64,000 nucleotides of DNA from the NCBI GenBank assembly GCA_038321985.1, contig JBBQFN010000004.1, positions 256,001 to 320,000 of the forward strand. Reading direction: 5' to 3'. The notes under the pieces are model-generated. The model worked only from the letters and a program-made list of their open reading frames with translations, searched no databases and had not been told where the DNA came from. The translations under genes were made by a program, and so were the position numbers. This document shows, piece after piece, positions 60,602 to 64,000 of this stretch. Origin of the DNA: Cyanophyceae cyanobacterium. GTDB lineage: Bacteria > Cyanobacteriota > Cyanobacteriia > Cyanobacteriales > Laspinemataceae. The stretch's first letter is position 1, and every line of letters starts with the position of its first letter.

Positions 60602-61258
60602 ATGACTTCATATACTACGACAAAAGCTGACATGATAGAACTCCGACGGCTCAAAGGCTTACTGCCGCCGGAATTGCAAAGCTGGGTCATGGTCGAAAAA
60701 GCGATCGAAGTGAATCCACCCTTGGTTCGCAGTGAAGAAATCGGAAGCGATCAGGTGGAAGTCCAAATTGACCTAGTGAAGTGGGAACAATTAGCCCTCG
60801 ATCAGCGCAACTTGCTGTTTTGGCATGAAGTAGCACGCATCCAAAATGACACTATTTCCAAAGAGGGATGGGAAATGGCAGCGCTGGCGATCGGCTTAGG
60901 TGGCGCAGTGGGGGAACTGTGGGTACAGGATGGATTGCTGCTGTTGTTGGCACTGTCCCTGTGCGGCGTGGCAGGATACCGCCTCTATCAGAAAAATAAT
61001 GGAGAGCGGACCTTAAAAGAAGCGATGGATGCGGATGAAAAAGCGATCGCCCTTGCCACTCGCTTTGGCTATTCCCTCCCCAACGCCTACAAAAGTCTCG
61101 GCAGCGCCCTAAAAACCCTCGTCGAACTCACCCCGAAAAAACGGCAGCGCAGCAAATACGAAGCGAGACTACAATCGCTCAAACGCAGTGCTGCCAAAGC
61201 TAAAGCCAAAGTTAAAGCCTCTCGGGAAACAACAACCAATACCGAGAGCGTTTACTAA
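60602..61258 (+). CDS. DUF3318 family protein
   Basis: ELRRLKGLLPPELQSWV, DQRNLLFWHEVARIQ. Confidence 0.85.
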   Translation: MTSYTTTKADMIELRRLKGLLPPELQSWVMVEKAIEVNPPLVRSEEIGSDQVEVQIDLVKWEQLALDQRNLLFWHEVARIQNDTISKEGWEMAALAIGLGGAVGELWVQDGLLLLLALSLCGVAGYRLYQKNNGERTLKEAMDADEKAIALATRFGYSLPNAYKSLGSALKTLVELTPKKRQRSKYEARLQSLKRSAAKAKAKVKASRETTTNTESVY

Positions 61259-61274
61259 CCCCCTGCGAACGTTG

Positions 61275-62087
61275 CTACAACTGACCCAACATTTTATGGG
61301 TCTGTGGCACAACTCGCACGGGCTTGAGCCACCGTTTCATCACCCCCTGCCACGCCAGCACCTTTGTCGGTGCTGGTGATTTTATGGCGTGGGGAGGGCG
61401 ATCGCCAAAGTTGGCTGTTTCTCCCGCATTCAGAGGCGTCACAGGTTGCAGAAACACCGTCACCTGGGGATTCACCTGTGCCACCAATTGTGCCGCCTGT
61501 TCCAAGTCCGTCTCTAGAGTGTCATCAGAAACAATAATTTTCACAAATACATCGACTCCAGCGGCACAACAGAGACTCAAAAATTCTTGATGTGCCTGCC
61601 AATGGGTTTCTCCACTGACACTCGGCAATTTAATATCCATCCCCACGAGATCCAAATAAGGCAAAATCCTCTGCAATTGTTGGGGACGATGACCCCCACT
61701 TTCCAAATACAGAGGTAACCCGGTTCGTTGTTTGAGTTGGGGTAAAAATTCAGCTAAAAAAGCGGCATGAAGTAAGGGTTCTCCCCCGGTTAAACTGATG
61801 CTGTCATGTAAACCGGGTTGATTTTGACGATCAATCCAGTCTAGGAAGAGGGGGAGAGGGACTGGGTTGGGATGAACTTCAAAATCGCGATCGCCGGGAG
61901 TTTTTTCAATCCGACAGGTATCCGGTGCCGTCCAAGTATGGGCGCTATCGCAATAGTCACAGCGTAAATCGCATCCGGCAAAGCGAATGAAAATTTGACG
62001 AGTCCCCACATTCAATCCTTCGCCTTGAATGCCCGAAAATACTTCGATCGCTCGTGCAGTGGGAGGAGCGGCAATTTTTACAGTCAT
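61275..62087 (-). CDS. queE: 7-carboxy-7-deazaguanine synthase (radical SAM)
   Basis: IQGEG, CDLRCDYCD CxxxCxxC motif, TGGEPL, PQTHK. Confidence 0.9.
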   Translation of the reverse strand: MTVKIAAPPTARAIEVFSGIQGEGLNVGTRQIFIRFAGCDLRCDYCDSAHTWTAPDTCRIEKTPGDRDFEVHPNPVPLPLFLDWIDRQNQPGLHDSISLTGGEPLLHAAFLAEFLPQLKQRTGLPLYLESGGHRPQQLQRILPYLDLVGMDIKLPSVSGETHWQAHQEFLSLCCAAGVDVFVKIIVSDDTLETDLEQAAQLVAQVNPQVTVFLQPVTPLNAGETANFGDRPPHAIKSPAPTKVLAWQGVMKRWLKPVRVVPQTHKMLGQL

Positions 62088-62124
62088 GATCAACGGATCG
62101 ATTCTTGATCGGGTTAACGTTTGA

Positions 62125-62688
62125 TTACGGTTGACGCTTGGGCGGAAGTTGGGCGAGTTTCTGCAACTGTTGTTGCACCTCTACTTCCACTATAGAAGGG
62201 ATACGAGCGATCGCCTGCACAATTTCCCGTTCCAGTTCCGCGATCGGAGTTTGTCCCGGTTTGCTCGGAGGGAGTCCATCCAAATACTGTTGGAGGGCTG
62301 TAATTACTTCCGTTAAACTTTCTACCTGTTCAAGTTCAGGTCGAGCTTTAAACTCGCTCCCCAGGCGATGTAACTGGGTTTTAAGCACAATTATCGCTTG
62401 CTCCAACTCACTGGAGCGCGATCGCATTTGTCGCACTGACGCTACCAGGGGCTCAATCTCATGGGCGATCGTTGCCTTCATCGATTCCGGGGCACTTACC
62501 TGTTCCGCCACCGCCTCCCGAGACGGGACAATCTGCGGACGTCGGTTTACCACATTCAACAACAGAGAAACCGTCACCGGCGCTGCCGCATAGATCACCT
62601 GCCCAGAAATAGCCGCCACCGCTGAGCCCACCACCGAGCCAGCCAGGGAAACATATTCAGCAATATTCAGCCAGTGACGCTGATTCAT
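62125..62688 (-). CDS. Hypothetical membrane-anchored coiled-coil protein
   Basis: N-terminal hydrophobic WLNIAEYVSLAGSVVG...AAAPV segment, then helical heptads. Confidence 0.7.
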   Translation of the reverse strand: MNQRHWLNIAEYVSLAGSVVGSAVAAISGQVIYAAAPVTVSLLLNVVNRRPQIVPSREAVAEQVSAPESMKATIAHEIEPLVASVRQMRSRSSELEQAIIVLKTQLHRLGSEFKARPELEQVESLTEVITALQQYLDGLPPSKPGQTPIAELEREIVQAIARIPSIVEVEVQQQLQKLAQLPPKRQP

Positions 62689-62741
62689 CAAGTCACCCCA
62701 GGTATGGAACATCCCTCATTTTAAGGCTTAACCTGGAAAGT

Positions 62742-62892
62742 CTACCGTTCCTGGAAGAGACTCTCGTTTGACCCCAATCCCTCATAGGGGGAACGCTCCA
62801 TGTCTTTTATCAGCTCAACTATTTTCCGAGGGATCTTTTTGTCCAAATTGATCCAACCCTTAAAATCTGCAAAAAACGATTCTTCTGCTCAT
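62742..62892 (-). pseudogene. yoeB: Txe/YoeB toxin remnant
   Basis: MSRRIVF, then frameshift to ADFKGWINLDKKIPRKIVELIKDMERSPYEGLG, truncated afterwards. Confidence 0.75.
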
Positions 62893-62893
62893 A

Positions 62894-63118
62894 TTATAGC
62901 AAATCGTCTAAACTTACTTCAATCAAATCTTGATGATTTCTAATGTTTTTAATAGCATTGTTTAATTTATGTTTGTTAACTTTTGAATTTAATAAATATG
63001 TAGTTTCATCAATTTCAGAAACCACAATTTCTATATCTTTACCTGAAAATTTTACTTTAATATCATCTAAAAATTAAACATCAATTTCATTAGCATTTAA
63101 TCGATAAATAGCTGCCAT
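62894..63118 (-). pseudogene. YefM-like antitoxin with in-frame stop
   Basis: MAAIYRLNANEIDV*FLDDIK...DETTYLLNSKVNKHKLNNAIKNI...; TAA at 63076-63074; its stop is 1 nt before the toxin ATG. Confidence 0.7.
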
Positions 63119-63314
63119 AATTGTTTCTGAATTGAGAGGCAAATCTTAAGCACAGGACAATCCTAACATAGCCACCTCTGAAGATTCAACCTAGCCCCAC
63201 TCCTGAAAACCCAATCTAGAAATCTTCTAAGAGCCTGCGCGATCGCGGTAAAATCGATTCGTTGAAATCAGCAGCACCCCAACTGCTCGCCGTGCAATCC
63301 ATAGATATTGAACT

Positions 63315-64000
63315 ATGACTGATTCTCCTTCCACTACCCAAGAAACTACCGTAAAAACTCCCTCTGACACCAACTGGTCCGAGTTACTGCAACAGTTGCT
63401 CGATCGCCAATCCCTGAGTGTCGAGCAAGCCAGTCAGCTCATGTATGGATGGCTCGCCGAAGAAATCCCCCCGGTATTATCTGGGGCCATCTTAGCGGCA
63501 CTGCAAGGGAAAAGTGTTTCCGCAGAGGAACTGGCAGGGATGGCAAAAGTATTGCAATCCCAGTCTGCCTATATGCAAACCGGAGAGAATGGCGCAACTC
63601 GGAAACAGGCGATCGATACCTGTGGCACCGGAGGCGATGGGGCTTCGACTTTTAATATCTCCACCTGCGTAGCCTTTGTCGCCGCAGCAGCCGGGGTTAA
63701 AGTTGCCAAACATGGGAATCGATCGGCATCGAGTAAGGTAGGTTCGGCCGATGTTTTGGAAGCCCTGGGGGTGAATTTGAATGCACCGGGTAGTCGGGCG
63801 ATCGCCGCCTTAGATGAAGTCGGAGTCACCTTTCTGTTTGCACCCGGTTGGCATCCAGCCCTGAAAGCTGTGGCCTCCCTACGCCGCACCTTAAAAATCA
63901 GAACCGTGTTTAATTTATTAGGACCTCTGGTAAATCCGGTGCGACCCACCGGACAGGTGATAGGCGTCTGTGAACCCAACTTAGTCGTTCCGATCGCCCA
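63315..64000 (+). CDS. trpD: Anthranilate phosphoribosyltransferase (5' part, runs off window)
   Basis: Hand translation from ATG 63315: [42 protein letters not shown]. Confidence 0.95.
   Translation, partial: MTDSPSTTQETTVKTPSDTNWSELLQQLLDRQSLSVEQASQLMYGWLAEEIPPVLSGAILAALQGKSVSAEELAGMAKVLQSQSAYMQTGENGATRKQAIDTCGTGGDGASTFNISTCVAFVAAAAGVKVAKHGNRSASSKVGSADVLEALGVNLNAPGSRAIAALDEVGVTFLFAPGWHPALKAVASLRRTLKIRTVFNLLGPLVNPVRPTGQVIGVCEPNLVVPIA

Larger units (their letters stand above)
1..64000. repeat. HIP1 octamer GCGATCGC dispersed throughout
   Basis: Seen many times in both coding and intergenic DNA (e.g. 63-70, 6902-6909, 19193-19200). Confidence 0.95.

Noticed and set aside
61275..62087. queE as part of a 7-deazaguanine DNA-modification (Dpd) system
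   Set aside because: No dpdA/tgt or other dpd genes nearby; consistent with ordinary queuosine synthesis.

Overview
Cyanobacterial chromosome segment: HIP1 octamer GCGATCGC is very dense, and psbX and ycf66 are present. The gene and repeat content suggests a filamentous Oscillatoriales-type genome (inference). The window opens with dnaA-oriC-dnaN. Most of it is housekeeping: tRNA-Leu(GAG), accC-yggT-psbX-ycf66-tolB-like pair, alpha-glucan enzymes (GH31, GH57, GH13-CBM20), nfuA, two tandem histidine kinases, lepA, UDP-sugar genes, chrA, ppgK, pdhC, aas, queE and trpD. The stand-out is a 9-gene minus-strand cluster (43843-52917) with no PKS, NRPS, ACP or FAAL gene. It encodes three intact Rieske oxygenases, a CylC/AurF-type dimetal-carboxylate enzyme (probable halogenase), a second ferritin-like diiron enzyme, a 2Fe-2S ferredoxin, a His-box desaturase/hydroxylase, a membrane LbH acyltransferase and a GH3 amido-synthetase. 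I read it as a candidate pathway to an unknown oxidised/halogenated acyl-amide. An orphan ORF and a divergent HTH-AAA / AAA-WD40 pair lie beside it. Other notable items are a stand-alone NusA paralog with a broken KH2 motif, a structured RNA leader upstream of an RHH gene, two NtcA boxes (activating geometry at a kinase, repressing geometry at accC), a decayed YefM/YoeB pair, and several REP/MITE families. All family calls are from motif recognition, not database searches.
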